Positions 10,819-21,743 of a stretch of DNA of 64,000 nucleotides are shown here, in pieces. A model generated the notes under the pieces. It saw only the letters and a list, made by a program, of their open reading frames with translations, did no database searches and was not told where the DNA came from. The translations under genes were made by a program, and so were the position numbers. The stretch comes from a virus, in IMG/VR virus record IMGVR_UViG_3300025695_000007, positions 14,692 to 78,691 of that record; one strand, written 5' to 3'. Position 1 is the first letter of the stretch. Each line of letters begins with the position of its first letter.

Positions 10819-13800
10819 TTATGCCTGAGATTCTGACCAAGTGATGCGTGCAGAAGCTTGTAATGGACTTGATGCCGTAATACCTGATGTATCAGCAACT
10901 TGAATTGCAACAGTCAAGATATCTGGACCGTTGGGGAATGTTCCGTCACCGCCAAGAATCGAGTTACCCATGTCGATAACAGATGCAAGTGAGAAGTTAG
11001 TTGATGCACCCAAACGTTTACCGGCTGAGTCTGTTGTACCACCTGATGCACGGAACGAGAAGATTTCTGAACCGCCAGTTACTTCATCACCTGTATTGTG
11101 TTTCAATAGCTGTGATAGAGATGGTTGTTTAACACTTTCCCAAGCAACACGACTCAAGTCAGCGTTAAGAATCAACTTAACCTCACAGTCATGCGTTAGA
11201 ATCAAACCAACTTCTTGCAATTTCAATTGCATTCTGTTAATAATATCACGCTCACCAAGTTGTCCAGATACACCACCGTCAACAGAAGGTGCAAGACGCA
11301 ACGTAACAAGTGGAATAGTTGCTGTACCAAGGTTCAACCCATCACCACCGGTTGCGGGTTCACCAATATTAACAGTAGTGCCACCGCTTACGCTCGGATA
11401 TACAGCAGGATAGCTTCTTCCGCTTGATACGTAGATAGCCGCATATACTGTACTACCGCTGTATCGTGTGTAAGAAATTTCTTCCCCGTTCAACTCTCCA
11501 CCAGATGTGTAGAGTTTTGTGCCATTAGACAACTTAGCGCCATCTGTATCAGCAAACGGAATTTCAACATAGAAGTCAAATGTACGTTGCTGCTTGTTAG
11601 ATTCGAATATTAGCTGACTATTAGCGGTTGTTGTTGCAGTCAATGCTTGACCGTTTGTAAACGATAGCGAGTTCGATTGTGCTGTGAACAAGTACGCTTC
11701 ATCTTCGTCAAATCGACCATCCATAATTACCGATGTACCCCAGTGGAATAGTGTCGGTGCATATGTTGGGTTAGGACCGTTGACAACTTCATACTTAGCT
11801 GGAATGTTACCAGAACGCATATATGCTTCATCTAGCCTGTTGTTGTGAACGAATTCATGTACGTATCTTACATGACCTTCACGGTCTTTGAAGCCGAAAC
11901 GAATCTTACCAGCACCATACCATGAGTAATCCATGTAAGCCATCTGAATCTTGTGAATATCAAGATTGAAGCCTTCTGGTCCTGTACCGTCAGCACGGTC
12001 CAAATTCCACTCTGACTGAGGAACTTTAACATCAATAGTTTTTGTTAGAATGATGCTTGACTCCGATGTTCCACGATATTCTGGCTGTACGAACATTTCT
12101 GATCTAGAGTTAATCTTCGTGATCTTATATGACATACCACGAATAACTACATAGTCACCAACTGTAAGTTGAGTCGAGAAGTTTGTGTTTGTACCCAAAA
12201 TTGTGTTACTATTCTTGGTACAAGTAACAGTACCACTCAACTGCGTTGTTGATGATCTGCGACAGGCTTTAAGTTGTTGACCATCATATTCAAAGAAGAA
12301 TCCGTTCTGATAGTCAAACATACCAGCACGTGTGGCCGCATCAGAATATGAATCTACAACGTATTGAATGATGCCGCCAGGCAATGAAGTACCAGGCAAT
12401 CTAGGCAATGTAAACGTAAACGTTGACGGCGAAGTAGTTGTTACTTCATACGAGTCATTGTAAATAGAATCGTTTGCACCAGAGAACGTGACAAACAAGC
12501 CGTCAGATAGTCTGTGCGGATACTTAGTTGTTACTGTAACTGTTGTGCCTGAAGCCGTAATAGTATCAACGATTACGGGAGGGCTAAAGTTAATAGCAAG
12601 TGACGTTTGAATCCCCTTACCAGATTGGTAACGGAAGTATTTACGTGTCTGTCTGGTAATCTGTGAATATGGAGCAGTACCAGCTGCAATTTCAACGCCA
12701 CCATCAAACGGTCTGTGGACAGCATATCCGTCAGGTCTTGCATAGATTGCAGATTCAACAAAGTATTTTGTTGATGCTGATGTAAATCCTACGGGTCTAT
12801 CGAGCTGCATAATTTCATCATCTGCAATTGCAACAACCGTGAACGAGTTAAGCGAACCAGGTGTAGCAGTATTATCTTTAATAAAGATAGTGTCGCCCGG
12901 TTTAAAGTAACGCTTAAACAGAGTTTCGGTACCAGATAGAGTATCACTTGTTGATGTTGTCGCAACAGTACCTGCCGCTTCTGATACACCACTAATTGTT
13001 GATGATTCAATTCTATGTGTGCCTGTTCCAGCAGTCAAAGCAATAGCTGCTCCAGAAGCCCAATCATCGCTCGAGGCTGCAAGTTGGATATATTCATCAT
13101 CAACAACAATAACGTAATAATCATTATTATGGGTCAACCCACCAATACTTGCATTACCATTATTATTGTATGTTATAATTGTGCCATTTTGTAGTTTATG
13201 GCCTGATGATATATGAATATTATCATTTGCAATTGTGCTAGCATCTGTATCATAATCAATAGGATTAATCTGGAAGTTCGTTTGAATGCTTATGTCTGTA
13301 TCTGTAGTGCTTGTAGCCGTGTATGCGCCATCAACAGCACCGATCTCAGCCGATGTTGTTTCAAACGACAATGTAGCCGCCCCTGAATTTGTTAAGTTGA
13401 TTGTGAAATCGTTATTATTTTTCAATGCAATTCTGTCAGAGCTAACAACACTAGTCAAGTAATTTTGTTGATTAGTTAGAGTTGGATAAATGAAATCTGT
13501 TGCAATATCATCAATAATAGCTTGAGACAACTGCTGAGCTTGTGTCGTACCCCATGTTATTGCATCATCTACCGAAAACTGCACAAAAATTAACTTATCA
13601 CCTTCGACAGTGTAATTGTTTGGATACACATATCCGTTGACGCTACTACGAGTGTAGGAATAAGCATTCACTCCAGTTGTGCTATTAAACACTGATCTAT
13701 CACGTATTTTAATACACGCAACTATCATATCATTAGCAGAGCTTCCTCCGGCTCTAAGCCAAGAGCATGAGTAGTAATAGTTCTTACCATTTGAAGAATA

Positions 13801-16320
13801 TGAAATTGCACTGGTATTCGATCCTGATCTAGATGTACCTTGACCAGACCAATACAAAGTCAAATACAGGTTCATACGAGCATAGCTATCCGTACCCATA
13901 TCAGGTTCAAAAACTGCAGCGTAGTATGGAATTGTGGAGTTTGCAGTCCAGTCGGTTCCTACCGCACCTATTTTATAACCAGAGTATAGCGTTGAATTCC
14001 AAGGATTATATACGCTTGATGATGAAATATCATCTACATATGGAGTGACATATTGATAGGTATTGACACTAGGCAGGAGGTATTGCCCAGTATTATATGC
14101 GAACGTTGAGTATGAAATATTAGTTGAGGATGAGTCAGTAATACGAAATCCGCTTGTGGTGGTTGAAGTCGATAGATTAACTCTACCAGATAAGTTTGTC
14201 ATATATGTATCAAGCGCACCATCAATTACGTTCCATGCGAATATATTTGTTTCACCTGGTTCGTGTACAACAGTACCAGATTGTGACGAAGGAGTTGTTC
14301 CGCCAGATGAATCAAATTTCAATTCAACATTGTCTGATAGCGAGTGTGCAGCAAGATAGAAGCTATTTTTAGTTGGATTGGCCTTGTTACCAACAAATGA
14401 ATAACTTCCTGTTGCATCATAAATTCTTGCAGAACCTTGACTCCAAACAATTCTAAATCTATCGTCCGATACAGCTTCTACTGTGTAGTTTCCAGAACTT
14501 AAATTTGTTCGAGACGTATTGTTGTATTGAACGCCAAGAGTACCGCTATTAACAGTTAATGATAACGGCAATCCAGTCAGCATTTCGTGACCGGCGGCAT
14601 AGAATGTGTCGCCTTCTTCGTCTTTTTTCAACGGCACCCAAAATGCTGTTCTACTTGAGTAGCTATCTGTAAAGCCGTTGCGACTGTTTGTAGAAGTACC
14701 ATATGAATAGAATCGAATATATCTTTGTGTAAAGATGTTGCCAGAATAAAAACTACTTGTATAATAACTGCCAGCAAATATAGAATCGTCTTCAATCCAA
14801 TTATATACGCCCGGTGTTGTGGAGGATTCGCCGTAAGATGAGTTCAATGTACTTGACTGATAATACGAAAGATTTTGATATCCGTGGAGCGCAGCCGTAC
14901 CAAACAAAATGCCCTTTCCGCTACTGCTGGTATAAGTAGATGCGTTACCCAATCCGTATCCCGAACCAAAGTATGATGCTAAGTCCCAACCAGATCCTAC
15001 ACCATTGTTACTATATGCACGTGTGTAGCCATAAGCGTAAGAATCGTTTGCTAATTTGGAACCTGACAATAGTTCATAAACAACACCGATACACGCACGA
15101 CCATAGTTGTATGTGCCAGCAGATGAAAAGTTGATTGCAGCACCGTTATATGTTGTAGTAAGTTGGATTGTGTTATCATCAACCCTTTTGATGTAATAAA
15201 CAGTCATTCTTGACAACCCACCAATTTGTGTGTCGCCAGAAGGTGGAATATAGAGAACACAATCATTGTCTCTCATTCCATGAGAGGTCCATGTGATTGT
15301 ATTATTTGTTGTGTCAACACCCGATGCATTGAACTTTGTCGAATGCATAGGAATATACTGTTTTGTTTCAGTAAGTGTTTGATCAAACGAAGTCAAATCA
15401 AAAGCTAGAGTATCTTCATAATCAACGTATGGTCGACCATCGGGTGCAGTTGATGTTGTTGAGTTAGTTAGACCCAATGTCTTCTTAGCAATAGTATTTG
15501 TCAGATAGAAGTTAGAATCTTGAACAAAACCGTGTGGGTTTGGAGTACTAATTGTCAGTGTCGAGTTAGCGGCCTCATCTGTGCTAAATCCATTATCTTT
15601 ATCATACGTAATTTGCGACCCACTGTAGAACTGACCTGGTGTAACCGCAGTGTAAGAAGAACCTATTGAACCTGTAATAGTCTGATTAGCATTAGCTTGA
15701 TAGATGAAAGAGTTTGGCAATACACTCTTTACTAGAAACTTACCTTCCGCTGTTCGAGATGCAAGACCTTGAACATCAATAGGTGTGCCAACAACTAGAC
15801 CATGCGGAATTGATGTGCTCACCGTGATTAAATCTGATCCAGCAGAGGCAGTAATATCAGTGATGAACGCAATTGCCGCATCGCCATCTGCGACATAGTA
15901 CGAGGGAACGTTTTGAGAAAGTTCAACAGTTTCCCATTTAGTTGGCTGAAGACCATATTCAAAGTCAGTATCGATAAGGTTTTGAGGAGTCGATACACGA
16001 ATTTTATGCACAGGATCCACATATGACTCATGCATATCCATGTCTTGATGTGGCGTATCTACGATAATCTGAAGAACACTATCATCGGTTGACCCCGCAG
16101 CTGAGGTGTCAAAATCTAAAGTGATGGTAGTTAACTCAGTTTGCTCATTGAATACTACCGAACTTGCACCTTTCGCTGAATCCGCAAAGTTGTAAATGAT
16201 AGTGCCTGTGCTAACGTCTGTTATAAGAAGTAGCTCTTCTTGTTTCACATACGCTTCAACAGTAATCGTATCATTTACTGAGTCAAAAGTGTAGTAAGAA
16301 TTAATAATCTTCTTTGCCAT
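10819..16320 (-). CDS. Very large virion structural protein (1833 aa)
   Basis: RVSTPQNLIDTDFEYGLQPTKWE, RYQSGKG and YSWYGAG motifs, which I recall from large marine-phage structural proteins; repeated HGL/HxL beta modules. Confidence 0.7.
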   Translation of the reverse strand: MAKKIINSYYTFDSVNDTITVEAYVKQEELLLITDVSTGTIIYNFADSAKGASSVVFNEQTELTTITLDFDTSAAGSTDDSVLQIIVDTPHQDMDMHESYVDPVHKIRVSTPQNLIDTDFEYGLQPTKWETVELSQNVPSYYVADGDAAIAFITDITASAGSDLITVSTSIPHGLVVGTPIDVQGLASRTAEGKFLVKSVLPNSFIYQANANQTITGSIGSSYTAVTPGQFYSGSQITYDKDNGFSTDEAANSTLTISTPNPHGFVQDSNFYLTNTIAKKTLGLTNSTTSTAPDGRPYVDYEDTLAFDLTSFDQTLTETKQYIPMHSTKFNASGVDTTNNTITWTSHGMRDNDCVLYIPPSGDTQIGGLSRMTVYYIKRVDDNTIQLTTTYNGAAINFSSAGTYNYGRACIGVVYELLSGSKLANDSYAYGYTRAYSNNGVGSGWDLASYFGSGYGLGNASTYTSSSGKGILFGTAALHGYQNLSYYQSSTLNSSYGESSTTPGVYNWIEDDSIFAGSYYTSSFYSGNIFTQRYIRFYSYGTSTNSRNGFTDSYSSRTAFWVPLKKDEEGDTFYAAGHEMLTGLPLSLTVNSGTLGVQYNNTSRTNLSSGNYTVEAVSDDRFRIVWSQGSARIYDATGSYSFVGNKANPTKNSFYLAAHSLSDNVELKFDSSGGTTPSSQSGTVVHEPGETNIFAWNVIDGALDTYMTNLSGRVNLSTSTTTSGFRITDSSSTNISYSTFAYNTGQYLLPSVNTYQYVTPYVDDISSSSVYNPWNSTLYSGYKIGAVGTDWTANSTIPYYAAVFEPDMGTDSYARMNLYLTLYWSGQGTSRSGSNTSAISYSSNGKNYYYSCSWLRAGGSSANDMIVACIKIRDRSVFNSTTGVNAYSYTRSSVNGYVYPNNYTVEGDKLIFVQFSVDDAITWGTTQAQQLSQAIIDDIATDFIYPTLTNQQNYLTSVVSSDRIALKNNNDFTINLTNSGAATLSFETTSAEIGAVDGAYTATSTTDTDISIQTNFQINPIDYDTDASTIANDNIHISSGHKLQNGTIITYNNNGNASIGGLTHNNDYYVIVVDDEYIQLAASSDDWASGAAIALTAGTGTHRIESSTISGVSEAAGTVATTSTSDTLSGTETLFKRYFKPGDTIFIKDNTATPGSLNSFTVVAIADDEIMQLDRPVGFTSASTKYFVESAIYARPDGYAVHRPFDGGVEIAAGTAPYSQITRQTRKYFRYQSGKGIQTSLAINFSPPVIVDTITASGTTVTVTTKYPHRLSDGLFVTFSGANDSIYNDSYEVTTTSPSTFTFTLPRLPGTSLPGGIIQYVVDSYSDAATRAGMFDYQNGFFFEYDGQQLKACRRSSTTQLSGTVTCTKNSNTILGTNTNFSTQLTVGDYVVIRGMSYKITKINSRSEMFVQPEYRGTSESSIILTKTIDVKVPQSEWNLDRADGTGPEGFNLDIHKIQMAYMDYSWYGAGKIRFGFKDREGHVRYVHEFVHNNRLDEAYMRSGNIPAKYEVVNGPNPTYAPTLFHWGTSVIMDGRFDEDEAYLFTAQSNSLSFTNGQALTATTTANSQLIFESNKQQRTFDFYVEIPFADTDGAKLSNGTKLYTSGGELNGEEISYTRYSGSTVYAAIYVSSGRSYPAVYPSVSGGTTVNIGEPATGGDGLNLGTATIPLVTLRLAPSVDGGVSGQLGERDIINRMQLKLQEVGLILTHDCEVKLILNADLSRVAWESVKQPSLSQLLKHNTGDEVTGGSEIFSFRASGGTTDSAGKRLGASTNFSLASVIDMGNSILGGDGTFPNGPDILTVAIQVADTSGITASSPLQASARITWSESQA

Positions 16321-16326
16321 TTTATA

Positions 16327-16566
16327 TTATCCTAATGCAATTGAGTAAGCGATGGCGATTGCAGATGTAACACCCCCGCTGCCTCCTCCTTGGACTGATG
16401 CACCGCCAATGGTAACATCCCCGCCCGAACCAACAACAACATCTCCTGCAACATTTAAATCGTTACTAAGATGCGCGTCTCTAAATTTTGCTGTTGAGTG
16501 TCCCAAATCAGCGTCTGTATGTCCTGGAACTAGTCCATTATCAACTGTAAATGCTACTTTTGCCAT
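16327..16566 (-). CDS. Small fibre-associated protein
   Basis: AGGAG RBS; DLGHSTAKFRDAHL and C-terminal AIAYSIALG fibre-like motifs. Confidence 0.6.
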   Translation of the reverse strand: MAKVAFTVDNGLVPGHTDADLGHSTAKFRDAHLSNDLNVAGDVVVGSGGDVTIGGASVQGGGSGGVTSAIAIAYSIALG

Positions 16567-16577
16567 TATTATCTCCT

Positions 16578-18914
16578 TTATGAATCAATTAGCGTATAGG
16601 CAACCTTTACAGTTGAACTATTTGCTGAGGACATTGTCACTTCAAGTGCCGTATTTGTCGAAACATTAGCAACATCAAATGAGGCAAGAGCGCTGGCAGA
16701 CGTATACATAGTACCATAGGTTGTAATCTTAGGTGTTCCTCCATTAACCGTTAAAATTAAGGCTTCTGTAATTTGAGTATCGCCTGTTGTTCCGTCCGTG
16801 ATTGTTATAATTAATTTAGATCCAACGTAATCTGCGCTTGCATACATTACAACATTTGTTGCATTTGTTGTTGCAATTGTAGAGGTTAAGCTACCTTCTT
16901 TACGATGGTTACCTACTTGCAGCGTACCAGAAGTCGACACATTACCAGAAGAATCAACAGTAACAAGTTCGTGATTATCTAGAGTTGTAGAGTTAAAACC
17001 CCAAATAGCAATCTCATCACCATTCTCTGCGGCTGTTACAAGTGTTACAATACCTGTACTCTGTACAAATGACCACTGGCTATCATCTAGGTAAACACCA
17101 TTTTTGAATACCTGAACCTTGTCGTGTGTATTTACCGAGGTACCAAATGTCGATGTTGTTGAAGTCACATTGTAATAGTAATCTTCATATCCTGCGTAGC
17201 CAGCTTGTGCCCCACCGCCACCTGACACTGTAGTGAATGAGAAGTTACCGGAACCATCAGTCTGAAGTACTTGACCAGAAGTGCCGTCACTAATACCAAA
17301 GTCCAAAATAGATGTTGGTGTGCTTGTAAAGTTTGTGTAGTCAAGGTAGTGAGAGCCTTCTTGACCGTCAAGCAAGTCTGCATCTAGTCCAGAGGTTGTT
17401 CCATCAACTGTTTTAATTGCAGTCAACAACTCACTGGCGGTTGAATATGTTTCGCTTGTTAGATACCCAGAAGCGTTATTAAAAGAAATAACACCTGTTG
17501 CGCTATCATAACTAATATCACCCGTACCGCTAATTGCACCTCTTGCACGTGTGGCTGTGTGATAGAGGTTTGTGCCTTCAGACAAATCAGTTGTCGATTT
17601 GTTACTAAAGTCTGTATTGAATCTTGTAGTCGTATAGTAAAGATTTGTTGAACCTTCAGCCAGATCATCTGTATCAAATCCTGTTAGGTTATGAGTAGAT
17701 ATGTTTAGACCCCAACCCATATACTCATGCGCTGAACACTGATAATAAAGTGTCGCAGGAGTTGATTCGCTAACAACAATTTCTGTGTATGCGCCTGCAG
17801 AACCAGGCGTGCCGTTGTTTGTTACGCCAGTTGTATATGCAGTTGTTTTACCTTCATCATAATAGAATACAAGCGGATGACCTGAGTTAGACGCATCTGA
17901 CTGGTCAAAGCGATATGTCATTCCGGGAACCATATGCAAGAATGGCGCAAATGTTCCGTTTATCTTGTAGCCGTTTGCTGATCCATTATTGAATTGTGGA
18001 TGTGTTGCGTCTTTTGTATCAACAGTAACAGTGTATGTTTTTACATTTTCATATTGTATATTATTCGATTCACTTGTTAAGTATCCACTCAGATCGGGCG
18101 GTGTGTATGTGAATACACCGCTTGTATTATTATAAGAGAGATTTGCTGTGCCAGCGGTTGCAACTGTTACGGATAAATCTGTTAATCCGATTCCGCCACT
18201 ACCACCAGAAACAGTAGTAAACGTTAGACTACCGGAACCATCGGTTGTTAATACCTGACCTGCGCTTCCGTCAGACGTTGGGAATGAATATGCATCATTA
18301 AATCTGATTACACCAGTCGAACTAACTTCAATGCGTGTAGATCCACCAAATGGACCTGTTTTAAATGTTAATTTGTTTTCTACCCCAACGCCAAAGTCAT
18401 AAGTGTTTTCGACTATAACATTACCTCGGCGTGAACTGCTATTACCAACGCCACCGCTATACGCACCACCTTGTAAACTTACATCACCGCCTAATGACGA
18501 ATAAGAATTGCTAGGAGCTTTGCCTGTACCGCCTCTAAGTACAAGTTCGCCACCTTTACCATCTCCTATCACTGGGATGGTATCGCCTGCTTTAAGTAAT
18601 GTCACCAAAGTGCCTGTGTTACCACCTTGTAATTCTAAACTTGCACCAGGAATAGAAGCAATCGGTTCGGTACGACCTCTAATTATTCTACCATTAACGT
18701 CAAGATCACCACCTAGTTGAGGAGTAGTATCTTCAACGATATTTGAAATGCCGCTTAAAGCTCCTATCTCTACAACAGATTCGGTGCCATCATCTTTTTT
18801 GATAAACATTTTACCATCATATGTATTGATGGCAACTTCTCCAAGAGCTAGAGAAGAAGTGGAGGGTACAGCGGCCGGCGTAGCCGACCGCTTTAGCTTA
18901 ATAGTTTGTGCCAT
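16578..18914 (-). CDS. Tail fibre protein (Mtd_N-like anchor)
   Basis: IKLKRS...LALGEVAINTYDGKMF N-terminus; TDDLxEGxTNLY repeats; GLDADLLDG. Confidence 0.82.
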   Translation of the reverse strand: MAQTIKLKRSATPAAVPSTSSLALGEVAINTYDGKMFIKKDDGTESVVEIGALSGISNIVEDTTPQLGGDLDVNGRIIRGRTEPIASIPGASLELQGGNTGTLVTLLKAGDTIPVIGDGKGGELVLRGGTGKAPSNSYSSLGGDVSLQGGAYSGGVGNSSSRRGNVIVENTYDFGVGVENKLTFKTGPFGGSTRIEVSSTGVIRFNDAYSFPTSDGSAGQVLTTDGSGSLTFTTVSGGSGGIGLTDLSVTVATAGTANLSYNNTSGVFTYTPPDLSGYLTSESNNIQYENVKTYTVTVDTKDATHPQFNNGSANGYKINGTFAPFLHMVPGMTYRFDQSDASNSGHPLVFYYDEGKTTAYTTGVTNNGTPGSAGAYTEIVVSESTPATLYYQCSAHEYMGWGLNISTHNLTGFDTDDLAEGSTNLYYTTTRFNTDFSNKSTTDLSEGTNLYHTATRARGAISGTGDISYDSATGVISFNNASGYLTSETYSTASELLTAIKTVDGTTSGLDADLLDGQEGSHYLDYTNFTSTPTSILDFGISDGTSGQVLQTDGSGNFSFTTVSGGGGAQAGYAGYEDYYYNVTSTTSTFGTSVNTHDKVQVFKNGVYLDDSQWSFVQSTGIVTLVTAAENGDEIAIWGFNSTTLDNHELVTVDSSGNVSTSGTLQVGNHRKEGSLTSTIATTNATNVVMYASADYVGSKLIITITDGTTGDTQITEALILTVNGGTPKITTYGTMYTSASALASFDVANVSTNTALEVTMSSANSSTVKVAYTLIDS

Positions 18915-18961
18915 GTGGCTCTCCTAATAATACGTATATACGCTGGAGTTGAAAAAGTTTT

Positions 18962-20935
18962 TTAGAATGTTCCGCCATCAAGTTGAGTTACAGAGAGAAC
19001 TCCGGCAAGGTAGGATAGGCCATCCCCTGCAAGCGAAGACTTAAGTTGTAAGTCTCCTGCAGATATCTCAATACCTCCAGCAGAAGCAACATTTACAGTA
19101 AATTCGCTACCTGTTAAGGTTAGTCCTGCACCTGCAGTATAAGTACCTGCTCCTGAGAACTGTACAAAAGATACCGCATCTGTGCCTACAGTAGCTACTG
19201 GCTCACCTAATACCCAACCTGTATCAGCATACTGAGTACCATGAGTAACAAATATGAAGTCACCCCCCGCCATTTCTGCAGGAGTATCAAAATCTTCAGC
19301 ACGAGTCAAGACAGTTGTCGAGGTTAGAACATAAATACCATTATGAGCAGAAGTTGCTTCACCTGCAACAATGATGCGATCACCGGTGGTAATATCTGTA
19401 TCGCCGTCTAAATCTCCGCCCGGTATATCAAGAGCAGTAGAAAGAGTTAGGGTTGCTCCTACGCCTGAAGTCCCGTTGTCATAAGTAACTGTATTACCAG
19501 TTATAGTAGCAAGAGGGCTTGTAATAATAGCATGAGCAGCGGCATGTACATGTAAGCCTTCTGCAACGGTATCAACATAGTTTTTAGTAGCTGCATCTGA
19601 ACCATTTACTGGTTCTGCTAGTCCAGTAATTCGAGAGCTATTAACAGATACAGAGCCAGAGCCATTAGGATTAAGAGATATATCTCCATTAGTATCCGTA
19701 GATGCAATTTGATTGCCATTAAAGTTTAGATTATCAACCGTAAGTTCTGTTACTCCTGCTAAAGAAGTAGAAGTAGTTCCAAGTTCTAGAGTAGTGGAGC
19801 CTAAAGTTACAGATGAATTTGCAAGTTTTGCATTTGTAATCGCACCCGTGGCAATAGTAAAATCACCAGTTGCAGAAGTATAAGTAATACCTCCAGAAGC
19901 TGTAAAATGAGAACGAATCTCTGCTGCAGAAGGTCCAGTATAAGTAATGACTCCAGTAGAAGAGTTATAACTTAAAGATCCATCGCCTCCCGCATCAGTA
20001 ACACTAATAGCTGAACGTGAACGAGTATCTGTATAGTAAAGGTTTGTTGCACCTTCAGATAAATCGTCAGTATCGGCTAATGCAAGTTTTGAATCGAACA
20101 TTGCTTCGCCGCGTGCAGTCGTCCAATAAAGGTTAGTTACCCCTTCGGATACATTATCAGTTGTTTTGTTGGCTAAATCAGCATCAAAGTCGGCCGATTT
20201 GTAAGTGGTTACACTAAATTCACCGGTTGTACTGTTATAGCTTAAATCACCCGCTGCACTAAAGAGCCCTCGAACTTCTGCATCTGTACGCTCTGTAAAA
20301 GAGAACTCTCCAGTAGTAGAGTTATAGGATAAATCTCCTGCAGCACTAACTAATCCACGTATTTCTGCGTCTGAAAGACCTGTAAAAGTAACTTCATTAT
20401 TTGTAACAGTAGCGGTAATATTTGTACCACCAGTAAAAGTGAGAGTTTCTCCTGTAGTAAACGTATCCGAGCTAGTACCATCAGATAGAGTAAAGCTTCC
20501 AGAAGGAATAGCTGCCCAAGAAAGTTGTCCACTACCGTTTGTCTTTAGAAAGTAATTTGCCAGACCATCTGCTTGAGGCCAATTTTGTCCGTCAAGGATT
20601 AGGTTTCCTGTGCCATTTGGAGTGATTTCTATGTCGCCGTTAAGATCAGTGGAGACAATAGAGTTACCATTTAAAGTAATATTATCAACATTTAATACGT
20701 CAAGCTTACTGCTTGAATCAACAATAAGAGCACTACTAGCAGTTACAGTTCCTGCAGTATGATCGAGCAAGTCGGTAAAAAACTTACCACCAATGGCATC
20801 TATATCTCCCGTACCACCTCCAGGACGACCTATAAACAGTTTATTGCTGTTTGCAGAATACGCCAGTTCTCCGTTTTGTAAGCTAGAAGGAGACGCTGTA
20901 GTAGTACTTCTTTTAATTTTCAATATTTGAGTCAT
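18962..20935 (-). CDS. Tail fibre protein (Mtd_N-like anchor)
   Basis: LKIKRS...LQNGELAYS; YNSTTGEF repeats; DAATKNYVD; NGIYV...LTRAEDFD. Confidence 0.82.
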   Translation of the reverse strand: MTQILKIKRSTTTASPSSLQNGELAYSANSNKLFIGRPGGGTGDIDAIGGKFFTDLLDHTAGTVTASSALIVDSSSKLDVLNVDNITLNGNSIVSTDLNGDIEITPNGTGNLILDGQNWPQADGLANYFLKTNGSGQLSWAAIPSGSFTLSDGTSSDTFTTGETLTFTGGTNITATVTNNEVTFTGLSDAEIRGLVSAAGDLSYNSTTGEFSFTERTDAEVRGLFSAAGDLSYNSTTGEFSVTTYKSADFDADLANKTTDNVSEGVTNLYWTTARGEAMFDSKLALADTDDLSEGATNLYYTDTRSRSAISVTDAGGDGSLSYNSSTGVITYTGPSAAEIRSHFTASGGITYTSATGDFTIATGAITNAKLANSSVTLGSTTLELGTTSTSLAGVTELTVDNLNFNGNQIASTDTNGDISLNPNGSGSVSVNSSRITGLAEPVNGSDAATKNYVDTVAEGLHVHAAAHAIITSPLATITGNTVTYDNGTSGVGATLTLSTALDIPGGDLDGDTDITTGDRIIVAGEATSAHNGIYVLTSTTVLTRAEDFDTPAEMAGGDFIFVTHGTQYADTGWVLGEPVATVGTDAVSFVQFSGAGTYTAGAGLTLTGSEFTVNVASAGGIEISAGDLQLKSSLAGDGLSYLAGVLSVTQLDGGTF

Positions 20936-20953
20936 TTTAAAAATTCCATTGGG

Positions 20954-21331
20954 CTAAAAAGCCCCTGCGTCCACCGTATCGGAATTAGGAGAGTCGTTGC
21001 CTATCATTATAGGAACCCACTCTACTACTCCTGGACTTACTTCTCGGTAAACATAGAGTTGCTGTGTGTCCGGGTTATACCATTGGTCTCCTTGCTCAAG
21101 ATTAGAGCCAGTAGGAATATCTACAGAACGAAAAGACTGATCTGCAAGTTGCTGTAATGCTTCTTGTAAGTTTTCAGCAGTTATACTATTGTAAGGAGTT
21201 ACTAAAACATTTTCTGAAGACATTTCTAGCCCTAAGCTAGAAACAAATGCTAAGTTAGCAGTAACTTCAGTTACAGAAGTAGATACCTCAAGCTGAGATA
21301 TATATGGAGCTATTTCTATAGTAATTGCCAT
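20954..21331 (-). CDS. Putative fibre attachment protein
   Basis: NLQEALQQL and GDQWYNP motifs; between collar and fibre genes. Confidence 0.55.
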   Translation of the reverse strand: MAITIEIAPYISQLEVSTSVTEVTANLAFVSSLGLEMSSENVLVTPYNSITAENLQEALQQLADQSFRSVDIPTGSNLEQGDQWYNPDTQQLYVYREVSPGVVEWVPIMIGNDSPNSDTVDAGAF

Positions 21332-21669
21332 TATCTTGTAACTTCTTGAGTAATTGTAACTTGACCTTCAAGTAGTCTTGTTACATTTACATCGCCTGAA
21401 GAATAAATTTCTAAATCGTAGAAGTATAAACCAGCAGAAATTGCACTAGTCACTCCATTTGCTAACTCCATCTTTATTTTTCCGCCGACAGCATCTACAA
21501 CTGTACAAGTAAACGAAGCTACTAAAGTTGCATCCGCTTTTTTTGAACGCATCTGAGCTCGGGCACTCCACCCAGTTAAATTTTTAGGGGATCCATCCTC
21601 AGAAAGAGTCAACTGAATCGCAAAATCCGATCCTTGATCTATTATAAGGTTATAAGCTGCAGCAGTCAT
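21331..21669 (-). CDS. Tail collar/baseplate beta-sandwich protein (p132/BppU-like)
   Basis: IDQGSDF...LTGWSARAQMR...YFYDLEI...RLLEG. Confidence 0.75.
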   Translation of the reverse strand: MTAAAYNLIIDQGSDFAIQLTLSEDGSPKNLTGWSARAQMRSKKADATLVASFTCTVVDAVGGKIKMELANGVTSAISAGLYFYDLEIYSSGDVNVTRLLEGQVTITQEVTR

Positions 21670-21689
21670 TCTTTTTTCTCCATGTTGAA

Positions 21690-21718
21690 ATTATAACAAA
21701 GCGAACATTTTAAGTCAA
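21690..21718 (-). promoter_or_regulatory. Sigma70 promoter for side-fibre operon
   Basis: TTGACT-17-TATAAT on minus strand. Confidence 0.8.
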
Positions 21719-21743
21719 GAAATATTTTTGGTCAGGTATTTGT

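Noticed and set aside
19530-19560. Iron-binding HxH fibre motif (LHVH)
   Set aside because: Single occurrence, not the repeated HxH pattern of iron-containing fibre tips
8259-20935. Diversity-generating retroelement suggested by Mtd_N-like anchors and repeats
   Set aside because: No reverse transcriptase in the window; repeat differences are not adenine-specific and all copies are coding
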